The notes: generated by a model from the sequence alone, not told the origin. A stretch of DNA of 64,000 nucleotides from a virus (IMGVR_UViG_3300029839_000128); one strand, 5' to 3'. Counted from the first letter of the stretch, positions 45,541-54,165 are shown. A program made the numbers and translations.

Positions 45541-45722
45541 TGATCTTTCCTCCTCAAATCCATGTAGTCTTTATAGCTCAACCCCATGCACTCAGCTGCA
45601 ACATGGAGCGCATCTTTCTTACTGCCCATAGAACCAGGTACAGGAATTTTGGGCGTTTCAACCTTGTGTGCATAATAGCGATTACTGCCCCTCTGCTTAG
45701 AGACATCATAAGTAATAGTCAT
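45537..45722 (-). CDS. small protein (61 aa)
   Basis: ATG 45722 with GAGGAGG RBS (track ORF is longer). Confidence 0.4.
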   Translation of the reverse strand: MTITYDVSKQRGSNRYYAHKVETPKIPVPGSMGSKKDALHVAAECMGLSYKDYMDLRRKDQ

Positions 45723-45729
45723 AAGGCTA

Positions 45730-45975
45730 TCATACCTCCTCACATTCAATTCCGAGTTCTGCATGGCACAGGACTTCATAAAACGCAATAGCCTGATCGA
45801 GATCGTCGAACCCCCAAACGAATGTAGGTGTCTTTTCTTCGGTAACAGGCACAACCCACACTCTATTTCCGTCACAATCGATCCACCTGTATTTCACCGC
45901 TTCTTCAGCAGAGAAAATAGACACAAGCTCTCGCTCTTGATACAAACGCTGCAAAACAACGTAAAACGCTTTCAC
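45730..45975 (-). CDS. hypothetical protein (81 aa)
   Basis: ORF track. Confidence 0.45.
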   Translation of the reverse strand: MKAFYVVLQRLYQERELVSIFSAEEAVKYRWIDCDGNRVWVVPVTEEKTPTFVWGFDDLDQAIAFYEVLCHAELGIECEEV

Positions 45976-45987
45976 GGAATTTACCTC

Positions 45988-46368
45988 CTAATAAACCGTA
46001 TGCCATTCCGGGTTCGACACAAGCTTTTTAAGATCAAGCTCTCGCAGATCGGCGGCTTCTTGCTCACCAACATCTGGAAAATCAGAAACATCCAAATCGT
46101 AAACATCGACGGAGATATCACCATTAGCATACGCGGCCTGAACAAGTCCGCCCTTAACCTCTACGGCAACACTCAAACGCTCCACAGGCGACTCCATCTG
46201 CGACCGGAGATTTTCAATCACAGCATCGATCATGTCAATCGCGCTGGCATTTGCCTCCAGAATATCGTCAGCGTCGGTATAACGATTTTCGCTTTCACGA
46301 TCTTCGAGCGCGGCATTCAAAGCATCCATAATGATGCTTAGCTCGATGTCGGTCAAATTGATATTCAT
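45988..46368 (-). CDS. acidic hypothetical protein (126 aa)
   Basis: ORF track. Promoter motif 46399-46430. Confidence 0.45.
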   Translation of the reverse strand: MNINLTDIELSIIMDALNAALEDRESENRYTDADDILEANASAIDMIDAVIENLRSQMESPVERLSVAVEVKGGLVQAAYANGDISVDVYDLDVSDFPDVGEQEAADLRELDLKKLVSNPEWHTVY

Positions 46369-46398
46369 AAAAAACCTCCTATTTTTTAATTGGTATTA

Positions 46399-46430
46399 TA
46401 TTTACAGACAAAGCGTGCAGTTTGCTAACC
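46399..46430 (-). promoter_or_regulatory. phage promoter motif
   Basis: Plus strand tatttacagacaaagcgtgcagtttgctaacc. Confidence 0.45.
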
Positions 46431-46437
46431 ATTAAAT

Positions 46438-46466
46438 AAAAAAAGCCCGCCTGGTGGCGGGCTTTT
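46438..46466. terminator. intrinsic terminator hairpin
   Basis: AAAAAAGCCCGCCTGGTGGCGGGCTTTT. Confidence 0.6.
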
Positions 46467-46474
46467 ACCTCCTA

Positions 46475-47011
46475 TCAAGATACAGCAGCATACAGTCTGG
46501 TACGGGGAGTGGCAATAGAGAATCGGGTTTCACCATTGGAAAACCATCCCGTGCAGACCAACTCATCAAATCCATACCGTTTGGCAAGATTACTTAACTT
46601 GCGATTGATCTTGTTGATCTCGGATTGATATTTCCGGTAGGCCACGCTACGGCAGCAGTCGAAATAATAATGACACTCATCATTGTCATAATCGTATCCG
46701 TGAAGGTCATGCTCTACTTCAACATAGAGCTGGATACCGGAATAGTATCCGCTCTCCAGCGTGATCTTGTGGAACATATACTCACTGTTCAGATCGTCCA
46801 ACTCAGAACGGATAATATCGCAGACATCCTCGCATTCCACATCATCAAAATAGCAGCAATCTTCCAGCTCTTCATTGGTATCGCAAAACTCACATCGCTC
46901 ATTTTGAGCATCCTGAATAGCACCACAAGCAGGGCATTGTTTGGCTTCCACATAGAACTCTTTGGCAAAGAGGGGAAAGTCCCTCATTATTCTAAAATTG
47001 GGAGCACTCAT
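46475..47011 (-). CDS. Cys-rich zinc-ribbon protein (178 aa)
   Basis: CPACGA...CEFCD motifs. ORF track. Confidence 0.45.
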   Translation of the reverse strand: MSAPNFRIMRDFPLFAKEFYVEAKQCPACGAIQDAQNERCEFCDTNEELEDCCYFDDVECEDVCDIIRSELDDLNSEYMFHKITLESGYYSGIQLYVEVEHDLHGYDYDNDECHYYFDCCRSVAYRKYQSEINKINRKLSNLAKRYGFDELVCTGWFSNGETRFSIATPRTRLYAAVS

Positions 47012-47013
47012 CT

Positions 47014-47226
47014 TTACACCTCCATCAGTTTGGAAAGTACCGCATAAAGGGTGCGGTAGTAATCGGAATTATACTTGTTCTGTGCGATTGCTTTGAGCTG
47101 ATACAACGCTTCGGTACAATCATTGATTTCAGCTTCGCTGGTGACGCCCACAATCTTGCATAACGCCTGGGCAATATCGTCGGGGTAGTATTGATCATGT
47201 GCAGGTTTCATAACTTGCCTCCTCAT
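47014..47226 (-). CDS. small protein (70 aa)
   Basis: ORF track. Promoter motif 47231-47260. Confidence 0.4.
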   Translation of the reverse strand: MRRQVMKPAHDQYYPDDIAQALCKIVGVTSEAEINDCTEALYQLKAIAQNKYNSDYYRTLYAVLSKLMEV

Positions 47227-47231
47227 TTTTA

Positions 47232-47483
47232 TTACAGACCGATATGGGCATTTGCTAACCCGGTAGAAAGATTTTTCCCGTCATAATAATCCAGAACAGA
47301 TTGAATACAGTCCAGCGCGGAAGGAGTAAAATGATCGCGCAAATCATCAATAATAGCCGGTACATCCAGCCGACATCCAATATACGGCTCGATTGCCTGC
47401 TCTATATACAGTTTTGCAGCAGGAGAATCAGCAACGCCAGCCTCAACAATTTCATCGTATAGGTCGCTAAAAATAATACTCAT
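47232..47483 (-). CDS. small protein (83 aa)
   Basis: ORF track. Its 3' end overlaps the next promoter motif. Confidence 0.4.
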   Translation of the reverse strand: MSIIFSDLYDEIVEAGVADSPAAKLYIEQAIEPYIGCRLDVPAIIDDLRDHFTPSALDCIQSVLDYYDGKNLSTGLANAHIGL

Positions 47484-47716
47484 ATTAAGTCCTCCACTTC
47501 ATGCCCCAGCGCAAAGACTTCATAGGCAGCAGACTCCAACCGCTTGATGGAAACTGTAGCATAGGGTTCATTTTCTTTGATTGCATCAGCCTCAGCACAC
47601 AAGAGATCGTGAACAAAGTTCAGAGCCTCAATAGGATCGGCTTCCAGAATCAACAGGGTAGAGTAGCGACTCTTGATCTCGTCAAACTTTTCTTTGGAAA
47701 TACTCACATTTTCCAC
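47480..47716 (-). CDS. small protein (78 aa)
   Basis: ORF track. Promoter motif 47727-47757. Confidence 0.4.
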   Translation of the reverse strand: MENVSISKEKFDEIKSRYSTLLILEADPIEALNFVHDLLCAEADAIKENEPYATVSIKRLESAAYEVFALGHEVEDLI

Positions 47717-47823
47717 CTCCTATTATATTTACAGACTCCTATCACTTTTTGCTAACCAAAAAGTAAAAAAAGATAAAAGGGGAGACCGACCACCACGACG
47801 ATCTCCCCAGGGGTTCCTACTAT

Positions 47824-48078
47824 TCAGAAGGTTAAAACATATCGATTATCCGGGACAACATCCATCCGAGAAATATGTAATACCAAAGAATCCAGAAAAT
47901 CGTGAATTACCTCACGCCCCTGCTCATTATCAGTGATATAGACGGTCTTCTCCCAGACTGGTGGACGCTCAATAGACTGGCCGGGAGTAAAGCATTGAAC
48001 ATTCACATAAAAAGTCTTTCCGTCTATCCAGGGGAAAACACGCACCTTAAAACTGCCTATCCATTTTTCAAAGTCCAT
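47824..48078 (-). CDS. small protein (84 aa)
   Basis: ORF track. Terminator hairpin downstream (47768-47812). Confidence 0.4.
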   Translation of the reverse strand: MDFEKWIGSFKVRVFPWIDGKTFYVNVQCFTPGQSIERPPVWEKTVYITDNEQGREVIHDFLDSLVLHISRMDVVPDNRYVLTF

Positions 48079-48089
48079 TCTTGACCTCC

Positions 48090-48293
48090 TTAATAAATGT
48101 CAATGCGTTTCGTAATTAGCAGATGAATACCCATTGGAGCCAGCAGAAAGACGGCACCAGCGTCTTGATCCTCTACTGTTTTTCCAGTGGAACATACCCA
48201 CAGGATCACACCACACAGTATCAGTAAAACCAATCCCATCAAACGCTGTTCTCTTCTTTTGCGACGATACATCTCTCTTGTCATTCGTGCCAT
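48090..48293 (-). CDS. small membrane protein (67 aa)
   Basis: One TM segment. Promoter motif 48317-48346. Confidence 0.4.
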   Translation of the reverse strand: MARMTREMYRRKRREQRLMGLVLLILCGVILWVCSTGKTVEDQDAGAVFLLAPMGIHLLITKRIDIY

Positions 48294-48352
48294 TATTTAT
48301 CACTCTCCTCATTCATATTCCAGAGTGATTTTCTGTTTTGCTAACTGAAAAA

Positions 48353-48384
48353 TAAAAAAAAGCGGGGAGGAAACCTCCCCGCTT
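48353..48384. terminator. intrinsic terminator hairpin
   Basis: AAAAAAAAGCGGGGAGGAAACCTCCCCGCTTG. Confidence 0.6.
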
Positions 48385-48388
48385 GATG

Positions 48389-48802
48389 TTATGCCACGAT
48401 GTAAGGGTTGTTCAGAGCCTTGGCATATTTCTTAGCCTCAGCCATGATCCGCTCGTCGTTCCACTCTACGGTGAACTTTGCCAGCTCGTTCCAAACTTTC
48501 CGGGGAAAGCCGGTCTCGCTCAGTTTGAAAGCCGCTCCCATGCCGCTACTGGTCATCATGCCGTTGTCGGTAGGCGTCCAGATCGACAGGTGCATCTCAG
48601 GCTGTACCAGACCGGTATAGCGGAAGCCGTCACGAACTTCTACCCAGCTGATCGACGCTTGAAGAACTTTGCCATCGGGCAGTTTGATGTTTCGCACAGC
48701 ACTCTTTTCATTCCACATCAGCAGCCGGTTCAGATCAAGCTGAAAACCGTTGGACAACTTTTTGTTCCAGCGGGAAATCTGATCTCTCGTATAACTCGCC
48801 AT
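48389..48802 (-). CDS. hypothetical protein (137 aa)
   Basis: ORF track. Confidence 0.45.
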   Translation of the reverse strand: MASYTRDQISRWNKKLSNGFQLDLNRLLMWNEKSAVRNIKLPDGKVLQASISWVEVRDGFRYTGLVQPEMHLSIWTPTDNGMMTSSGMGAAFKLSETGFPRKVWNELAKFTVEWNDERIMAEAKKYAKALNNPYIVA

Positions 48803-48814
48803 TGTATTTCCTCC

Positions 48815-49024
48815 TCAATACTCAATCTTAATCCGTTTATCGCCGTCTTTAATAGCATCACCCAGGCGGTCAGCAATCCCGGATAGCTGCTCGGAGCGCA
48901 GCCGCAGCAGCCCAGTCTCAATCTTCCCGACATCTGGATTTTCTGCCGCCTGAAGATATTGGGAAGACAACTTTCCCAACGTGCCAATTATCCAGGTCAG
49001 CTCATGCTTGGTGAAAGTCTGCAT
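48815..49024 (-). CDS. small protein (69 aa)
   Basis: ORF track. AGGAGG RBS. Promoter motif 49044-49072. Confidence 0.45.
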   Translation of the reverse strand: MQTFTKHELTWIIGTLGKLSSQYLQAAENPDVGKIETGLLRLRSEQLSGIADRLGDAIKDGDKRIKIEY

Positions 49025-49043
49025 ATCTACACCTCCTATTACT

Positions 49044-49072
49044 ATTACAGAAAGAAAAAGTTATTTGCTAAC
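49044..49072 (-). promoter_or_regulatory. phage promoter motif (reference example)
   Basis: Minus strand GGTTAGCAAATAACTTTTTCTTTCTGTAATAGTAATAGGAGG, then ATG. Confidence 0.5.
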
Positions 49073-49079
49073 CAATAGG

Positions 49080-49487
49080 TTAAATTTCTTCAATCTTGTA
49101 ATCGTAATCCGCATTCATCGGCCAACAGGGTTCCCCGAATAAGTCGTTTCCGGTAGAGGTGTAGAGAATATCATGGCAAAGGCGGGGCTGGTCTCCAGGC
49201 TCGCTATACTTCCAGAGCTTGCCATCCTCGTCCTCATAAGTCTCTCTGCCCCACTGGTCAATCCCGTGAAAATGCAAGGTCTTGGTCTTGATCGGTGCCG
49301 GCGTTAGCTCATAGTTTCTGACGGTATCGGGATCAAGAGGTTCTGCATACTCCACATAACCCCAGGCTTCGCGTCCGATTTCTTCACGAAACACTTTTTG
49401 ATCAAAATTCACCAGATTGACAGGATGATGTAGGTGGTTTGGAAAAGCGCCTGGTGTCAGAGGCCGCTGAGTGCTGAAATATTTCAT
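49080..49487 (-). CDS. hypothetical protein (135 aa)
   Basis: ATG 49487 with TAAGGAGGG RBS (track ORF extends to 49526). Confidence 0.45.
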   Translation of the reverse strand: MKYFSTQRPLTPGAFPNHLHHPVNLVNFDQKVFREEIGREAWGYVEYAEPLDPDTVRNYELTPAPIKTKTLHFHGIDQWGRETYEDEDGKLWKYSEPGDQPRLCHDILYTSTGNDLFGEPCWPMNADYDYKIEEI

Positions 49488-49497
49488 AAAACCCTCC

Positions 49498-49794
49498 TTA
49501 TCTCCGATTGAAAAGAGCTTGGTCAATTACACAAGTGATAGCGCTCATAGCGTCCATCAATTCCATAGCCTTTTTGGAATCATTCTCCATTGCAGCGTCT
49601 GTCCAGTTGCCATACAGTATTACGGTCATATCCCGAACATTTTGCAACTCAATGGTTGTACGGGTATCGATTTCTAACACGCCTTGGATTAACTTAATCT
49701 CAGCCTCGCTGACTATTCCTCGCTGTGCAGGATGGTAACGCTCACTCAAATCTCGGATAGAATGGAAATCGGTTTTGGTAGTCAAGTGTATCAC
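49498..49794 (-). CDS. hypothetical protein (98 aa)
   Basis: ORF track. Promoter motif 49824-49852. Confidence 0.45.
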   Translation of the reverse strand: MIHLTTKTDFHSIRDLSERYHPAQRGIVSEAEIKLIQGVLEIDTRTTIELQNVRDMTVILYGNWTDAAMENDSKKAMELMDAMSAITCVIDQALFNRR

Positions 49795-49860
49795 CTCTCA
49801 AAGTATTTGGGCTTTCTATTTTAATTACAGATAAAAAGTATGATTTGCTAACCATAAAAT

Positions 49861-49888
49861 AAAAAAGCGGGGAGAAATCCCCGCTTTT
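49861..49888. terminator. intrinsic terminator hairpin
   Basis: AAAAAAGCGGGGAGAAATCCCCGCTTTT. Confidence 0.65.
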
Positions 49889-49899
49889 GATCATATTGC

Positions 49900-50289
49900 T
49901 TATACTGCATAAACCAGCTCCACCCCATCGCGATCCGCAAAGAACTTCTCAGCCACAGGACAGTTGGAACAAAGCATAGTGTTACACTCGCCGGGATGTC
50001 GGCAGGCTCTCCCTTCAATGCCGCAGATCTCAGGAACTTTCCGCTTCTGGTGAAGAATGATCCGCTTCCCGGTCAGCTTCTCTGCCACAAGTCGCTTTAA
50101 GTAATCCAAGGCATACCCGTCCTTGCCGAATACCTGGCCGCCGATCCTCCACTCCCAGGTCTGACCGTTGTACTCAGGCTCTTTCTCCACGGCAATGGTT
50201 TTTCCGTTGCTCAGATGGATGATCCAGCGCTTTTCGTCTAATGCTTCGGCATTCAGAAATAGACTATCAGAAACATACATTTCAGTCAT
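49900..50289 (-). CDS. hypothetical Cys-containing protein (129 aa)
   Basis: ORF track. Promoter motif 50328-50358. Confidence 0.45.
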   Translation of the reverse strand: MTEMYVSDSLFLNAEALDEKRWIIHLSNGKTIAVEKEPEYNGQTWEWRIGGQVFGKDGYALDYLKRLVAEKLTGKRIILHQKRKVPEICGIEGRACRHPGECNTMLCSNCPVAEKFFADRDGVELVYAV

Positions 50290-50375
50290 GGTCTCGCCTC
50301 CAAAGTTTATTCTGTTATTGCTATTTCTATTACAGAACCGAAGAGCATTTTGCTAACCGGAAAAATAAAAAAAAT

Positions 50376-50530
50376 GGGAGGCTTGATCCCGGCTCAAGTC
50401 CTCCCAGAAAGCCGACCATTTCATCGGGGAAACGGCCTCAAAAACCCCGCTGCTGGCTATTCAATCAATTTTGTCAAGAAACAAAGGTTAATAGGGAGGG
50501 GAGCGTGCGTGCGTCATATGATCAACTCCT
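50376..50530 (-). ncRNA. candidate small RNA: promoter-to-terminator unit without convincing ORF
   Basis: Promoter motif at 50541-50569. Only a 9-codon ORF (MTHARSPPY). Internal hairpin CGGGG-N-CCCCG. Terminator GGGAGGCTTGATCCCGGCTCAAGTCCTCCC plus U-run at 50376-50406. Confidence 0.35.
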
Positions 50531-50575
50531 TCTATTTATGTTTCAGAAACTACTCTGGTTTTGCTAACCATAAAA

Positions 50576-50962
50576 TTATCCGTAAATTATTTCTCCAAAG
50601 GCGGCATATTGAATAACAGCATCGCCGTCATTGGCGTCCCAATCATCCATATCGGTACTTGCGCCGTTTTCAAGGTGAAGTTTGACGCCTTTCTTCAAAT
50701 CCTCAATAGTCATAGGATGATCCTTATCCTCTTCACGATCCCAGATATTCAGCTTTCCGCCTCTCTCCAAAATCTCGGCCATAACATCCTCATAACACGG
50801 ATCGTTCTTTTTGGCATCCACCAAACGCTTCCGCGCCGCCTCATAATCCTCTTGTTCAAAGCAAAGCTCTGCCCAGTAGTCAAAGCCGCCGGCTTCCATG
50901 GAGAGAATGTTTACTATGCTGTCAGTGGTCAGAGTAAATTCTACATTGATCTTGTGTTCCAT
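50576..50962 (-). CDS. acidic hypothetical protein (128 aa)
   Basis: ORF track. Promoter motif 50983-51012. Confidence 0.45.
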   Translation of the reverse strand: MEHKINVEFTLTTDSIVNILSMEAGGFDYWAELCFEQEDYEAARKRLVDAKKNDPCYEDVMAEILERGGKLNIWDREEDKDHPMTIEDLKKGVKLHLENGASTDMDDWDANDGDAVIQYAAFGEIIYG

Positions 50963-51006
50963 TGTATCAGCCTCCTATTTTTATTACAGAAGGGAAGCGG
51001 TGTTTG

Positions 51007-51264
51007 CTAACCGCCTCCACAATTTATTCCCTTGTAAATATCGCCTCGTGACGCAACACGGTGAACAATTACATCCCCATTGCTTTTGTCGTAGGCAAAA
51101 ATGATCCGATATTTTCCAACGCGCAGCCGATAGGTTCCCTCATAGTACATAGGAATAATATCGCCCTCCGGCAGTAATCCCAAAGCTCTCTCCACCCGTT
51201 CCCTGTTACGGTGATCCATTGCTTTAACACTACGCTTCGCTGTATTCAGATATTTGATCTTCAT
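51007..51264 (-). CDS. RelE/ParE-family toxin-like protein (type II TA toxin fold)
   Basis: 85 aa. LPEGDIIPMYYEGTYRLRVGKYRIIFAYDKSNGDVIVHRVASRGDIY matches the RelE/ParE core (YRlRvGdYRiiy...R). GGAGG RBS. Co-transcribed with the upstream 150-aa gene. Confidence 0.6.
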   Translation of the reverse strand: MKIKYLNTAKRSVKAMDHRNRERVERALGLLPEGDIIPMYYEGTYRLRVGKYRIIFAYDKSNGDVIVHRVASRGDIYKGINCGGG

Positions 51265-51277
51265 GGCAGCGCCTCCA

Positions 51278-51730
51278 TTATAAGTCGATCCACCATTGCG
51301 GTGCCAAATAGTAGCCCTCTTCAGCCTCCATCAAATCTATTGCGCCATCCAGGTCTTTTTCAAAACCGGGATAAAGATAGAGAAAGCTACCATTGTCCAG
51401 CTGACAGCGAATTTCCCCGCTTCCGATATGATCCACAGCAGTCAATAAGCGGGTAACAGTTCCGTTTGTGACATAAACCGGACGAAGAGAGAAAAGCGCC
51501 TTAACTATGCGGTCAAATAATGTGGGTGTGGTTTCCGGCTGATCCTGGGCTGAAATCTTAACGTAGGTGCTCACGGTGCCATCCATAAACCGCACAGTAG
51601 TGGTGCCGTCTACGGTTTCGATGTGATCCACCCCAAAACCACGACTTTCCAGACTCAAAACCATCCGAATCTCTTCTTCGGATAATCTCAGCTGCTTACC
51701 AGTGGTAGTCTTAAACTTATGCTGCTTCAT
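51278..51730 (-). CDS. hypothetical protein (150 aa), upstream partner of RelE-like gene
   Basis: ORF track. Promoter motif 51764-51792. Confidence 0.45.
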   Translation of the reverse strand: MKQHKFKTTTGKQLRLSEEEIRMVLSLESRGFGVDHIETVDGTTTVRFMDGTVSTYVKISAQDQPETTPTLFDRIVKALFSLRPVYVTNGTVTRLLTAVDHIGSGEIRCQLDNGSFLYLYPGFEKDLDGAIDLMEAEEGYYLAPQWWIDL

Positions 51731-51807
51731 GGTGTTGCCTCCTTTGTTTCTGTTCTCATTTTTATTACAGATAGTTTTTGATATCTGCTAACCAAAAAAA
51801 ATAAAAA

Positions 51808-51830
51808 AACGGGAGCCATAAGACTCCCGT
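51808..51830. terminator. intrinsic terminator hairpin (ACGGGAGCCATAAGACTCCCGT)
   Basis: A-run / hairpin / T-rich flank. Confidence 0.55.
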
Positions 51831-51837
51831 TCTGTTA

Positions 51838-52242
51838 TCAGATTTCAAAAGTTGACAGGTTCCAGGCATTTCCCAGCTCATAGCTCAGGCCGTATTTCAT
51901 CAAGATACCTCGGAACTCGGCCTCCACGCTGTTATAGTAGCTTATTGGAACATACATATTCAGCAGCTCGTACATCGGCCCTTCAAAACTCATACAAAGG
52001 ATATTTTCGCCGGTGTAATCGAAATATCGCCGTGGGTCAACGTCTTCTATCACATAATCCACAGCGGGATCATTGTAGGCATAGTGGCCTTTTCCATCAT
52101 CGGTGCTCAGCGCTTTCCCGTTGAAATAAATGCGGGTATCCATCCAAAGTCCATGGCGAATCATAAAATCTTTGATCTCGTAGGCCAGTTTTTCTCTCCG
52201 TGCGGCTTCGGTTTGCTCATCAGATTTCGCCCTCCTTTTCAA
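51838..52242 (-). CDS. hypothetical protein (134 aa)
   Basis: ORF track. Promoter motif 52256-52286. Confidence 0.45.
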   Translation of the reverse strand: MKRRAKSDEQTEAARREKLAYEIKDFMIRHGLWMDTRIYFNGKALSTDDGKGHYAYNDPAVDYVIEDVDPRRYFDYTGENILCMSFEGPMYELLNMYVPISYYNSVEAEFRGILMKYGLSYELGNAWNLSTFEI

Positions 52243-52305
52243 TCGTTCCTATTCTTATTACAGAATACTTTTTGATTTTGCTAACCAGTCAATAAAAAAA
52301 GATAA

Positions 52306-52327
52306 GCGGGCTGGTACTCCAGCCCGC
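52306..52327. terminator. intrinsic terminator hairpin (GCGGGCTGGTACTCCAGCCCGC)
   Basis: Flanked by an A-run. Confidence 0.55.
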
Positions 52328-52334
52328 TCAGATG

Positions 52335-52841
52335 TTACGCGATTGCGACGCGCTTACTTCCCGCCTGTTCCATATCGATCCGCTCGCTCCCGTAAAAACC
52401 ACGGATATCGTCAAGGCTCATATGTTTGTTGCTACGCTTGCGGTATCCGTCCCGATGGAAATACCATGCGCTCTTGTTGCTGCTCCACCGGAAGGAAAGC
52501 GCCTTCAGCTCTTCTTTATGCTCCTTGGTGTTTCCCGTAACCCATACCCAGGAACCGCAAACCTCAATGATAATCCCGTCCATATGGATCAGCTTCTCAA
52601 TGATATCCATAAACTCGGCGGCGGTTTCGGTGCTGGCGGTCTTTGCGGTGTAGGTCTCGCCCTCGGCGGTCTTATGAATGTCTTTTAGTCTGGAAAATAG
52701 CGTCTCATACTCGGCGTTGATTTGCTGCATAGCCTCCGTGGAACCACCACGATCCGGGTGATGCTTCATTGCTAATCTCTTGTACTGCTTCTTCAGGTCT
52801 TCCAAAGTCTCAGGATGATCAAACCACTTCATAATATGCAA
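52335..52841 (-). CDS. J-domain (DnaJ-like) co-chaperone protein
   Basis: LEDLKKQYKRLAMKHHPDRGGS contains the HPD tripeptide in J-domain helix II/III context. 168 aa. Confidence 0.7.
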   Translation of the reverse strand: MHIMKWFDHPETLEDLKKQYKRLAMKHHPDRGGSTEAMQQINAEYETLFSRLKDIHKTAEGETYTAKTASTETAAEFMDIIEKLIHMDGIIIEVCGSWVWVTGNTKEHKEELKALSFRWSSNKSAWYFHRDGYRKRSNKHMSLDDIRGFYGSERIDMEQAGSKRVAIA

Positions 52842-52858
52842 CCTCCGTCTGTGATATC

Positions 52859-52887
52859 TTGACTTGATTTCAAGTTCCTATTATAAT
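52859..52887 (+). promoter_or_regulatory. sigma70-type promoter TTGACT-N17-TATAAT on the plus strand (antisense to the early region)
   Basis: TTGACTTGATTTCAAGTTCCTATTATAAT. Overlaps the minus-strand phage promoter motif 52885-52915. Confidence 0.5.
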
Positions 52888-52951
52888 TACAGACAGAAAA
52901 GCGGTCTTGCTAACCGTTCCAAAAAATTATTTTTCGGGTGATTTCGTGGAG

Positions 52952-53152
52952 CTTGCGCTTGTAATCGTCGTGATCTGGCTAATAGCCGATGCAATCAAAG
53001 GATATAAGGCAGAGCGGTACGCGCAGAAAACCGTATTCGATCGTAAGCTTTCGTTCCCGGATTATATGTGTTCAAAACACCCGATCATGTCCACTTGCAT
53101 GATAATTTTGCTCTTGCTAACCGTAATTGCAATTTTTCTTAAAATTTTCTAA
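52952..53152 (+). CDS. small hydrophobic protein (about 66 aa, two predicted TM helices) encoded antisense within the early region
   Basis: GTG 52952 with GGGTGA RBS (track ORF 52907..53152). Own sigma70 promoter upstream. Plus-strand terminator CCCGCTGGAAGATGATCCAGCGGG plus T7 at 53164-53195. Confidence 0.45.
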   Translation, partial: LALVIVVIWLIADAIKGYKAERYAQKTVFDRKLSFPDYMCSKHPIMSTCMIILLLLTVIAIFLKIF

Positions 53153-53163
53153 AGTAAAATAGC

Positions 53164-53195
53164 CCGCTGGAAGATGATCCAGCGGGCATTTTTTT
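53164..53195 (+). terminator. intrinsic terminator (hairpin + TTTTTTT)
   Basis: AGCCCGCTGGAAGATGATCCAGCGGGCATTTTTTT. Confidence 0.6.
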
Positions 53196-53700
53196 ATAGC
53201 ATAGCCTCCATGATCTTGACTTTTTCCAGAGCTTCGGCCAGCAGTTCCCGATCCCGTGGCAAGCATTTTTCCATCTCCGGGTCTGCTTGGTCTTCCTCAA
53301 TCTCTTCCTCCCAATATTTCACCGTATTCCGCGCATCTTCAAGCTGCTTTAGGAAGCGATCTGGGCATCTTTCTCGGAGCCGCCGCAAACTTCTCAACTC
53401 TCTTTCCGTTCTTTCAACCTCTCGGCGCTTAGCAAGGTCTGCCCGCTCCTGCTCTGTCGATCCAAAAGAAATTGTCCCGCAGCCGTTCAACTTTGAATAG
53501 TTCAGGGTAACTATGCGGCCTCTCCATTCTCTGGTGTAGTAATGGTGTCGTGTCCGGTCTCCCTGGAACTGGTCAACCATGACCGTGTGCCGTTCCATGT
53601 ATCGCGTGCATATAGCCGTCTGTTTGCGTGTCAGCCAGTGTGTCTCCCGTCCAAACCGCTCAAAAAGAGACGGAAGAAAAGTATCGTCAAACCAGCTCAT
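53194..53700 (-). CDS. hypothetical protein (about 168 aa, Arg/Glu-rich C-terminus)
   Basis: Start MSWFDDTF at 53700 (track ORF is longer). Promoter motif 53732-53761. Confidence 0.45.
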   Translation of the reverse strand: MSWFDDTFLPSLFERFGRETHWLTRKQTAICTRYMERHTVMVDQFQGDRTRHHYYTREWRGRIVTLNYSKLNGCGTISFGSTEQERADLAKRREVERTERELRSLRRLRERCPDRFLKQLEDARNTVKYWEEEIEEDQADPEMEKCLPRDRELLAEALEKVKIMEAML

Positions 53701-53805
53701 TGTTACGCCTCCATTCGTTCTATCTATTATTATTACAAACACAAAAGAGGATTTGCTAACCTGTTTTCAAATAAAAAAACGGCAGGCCGTAGCCTGCCGC
53801 CCTGG

Positions 53806-54063
53806 TCAACTCAATTCAAATTCCAGCGCTTCAATAATCTCGGCCCGCATAGTTGACGGGCGATCCGATATAGCACCCAGCGCCGGCGCTTTCAGACACT
53901 CAAAAGCCATATAGGTAACACGTCCGACCGTCGCCGTCTTGACCTGACAGCTTTCACAGTGGAGACATTCACCATTGCAAGCCTTTACTGCTCGGAGCTG
54001 GCGCTTTAAGTCGGCAATCTCTTTTTTGGTCTTGACTATTCCGTTCCAATTATACGCACTCAT
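53806..54063 (-). CDS. small Cys-rich protein (85 aa)
   Basis: ORF track. Promoter motif 54096-54127. Terminator 53781-53798. Confidence 0.45.
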   Translation of the reverse strand: MSAYNWNGIVKTKKEIADLKRQLRAVKACNGECLHCESCQVKTATVGRVTYMAFECLKAPALGAISDRPSTMRAEIIEALEFELS

Positions 54064-54141
54064 TTTACACCCTCCATTTTTCGTTGTTCTATTTATATTA
54101 CAGAACGAAAGAGGATTTTGCTAACCAGTTCCATAAAAAAA

Positions 54142-54162
54142 GCGGCGGGAAACCCCGCCGCC
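54142..54162. terminator. terminator hairpin GCGGCGGGAAACCCCGCCGC (copy 1)
   Basis: Identical 20-nt hairpin recurs at 54644-54664. Confidence 0.6.
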
Positions 54163-54165
54163 GTC

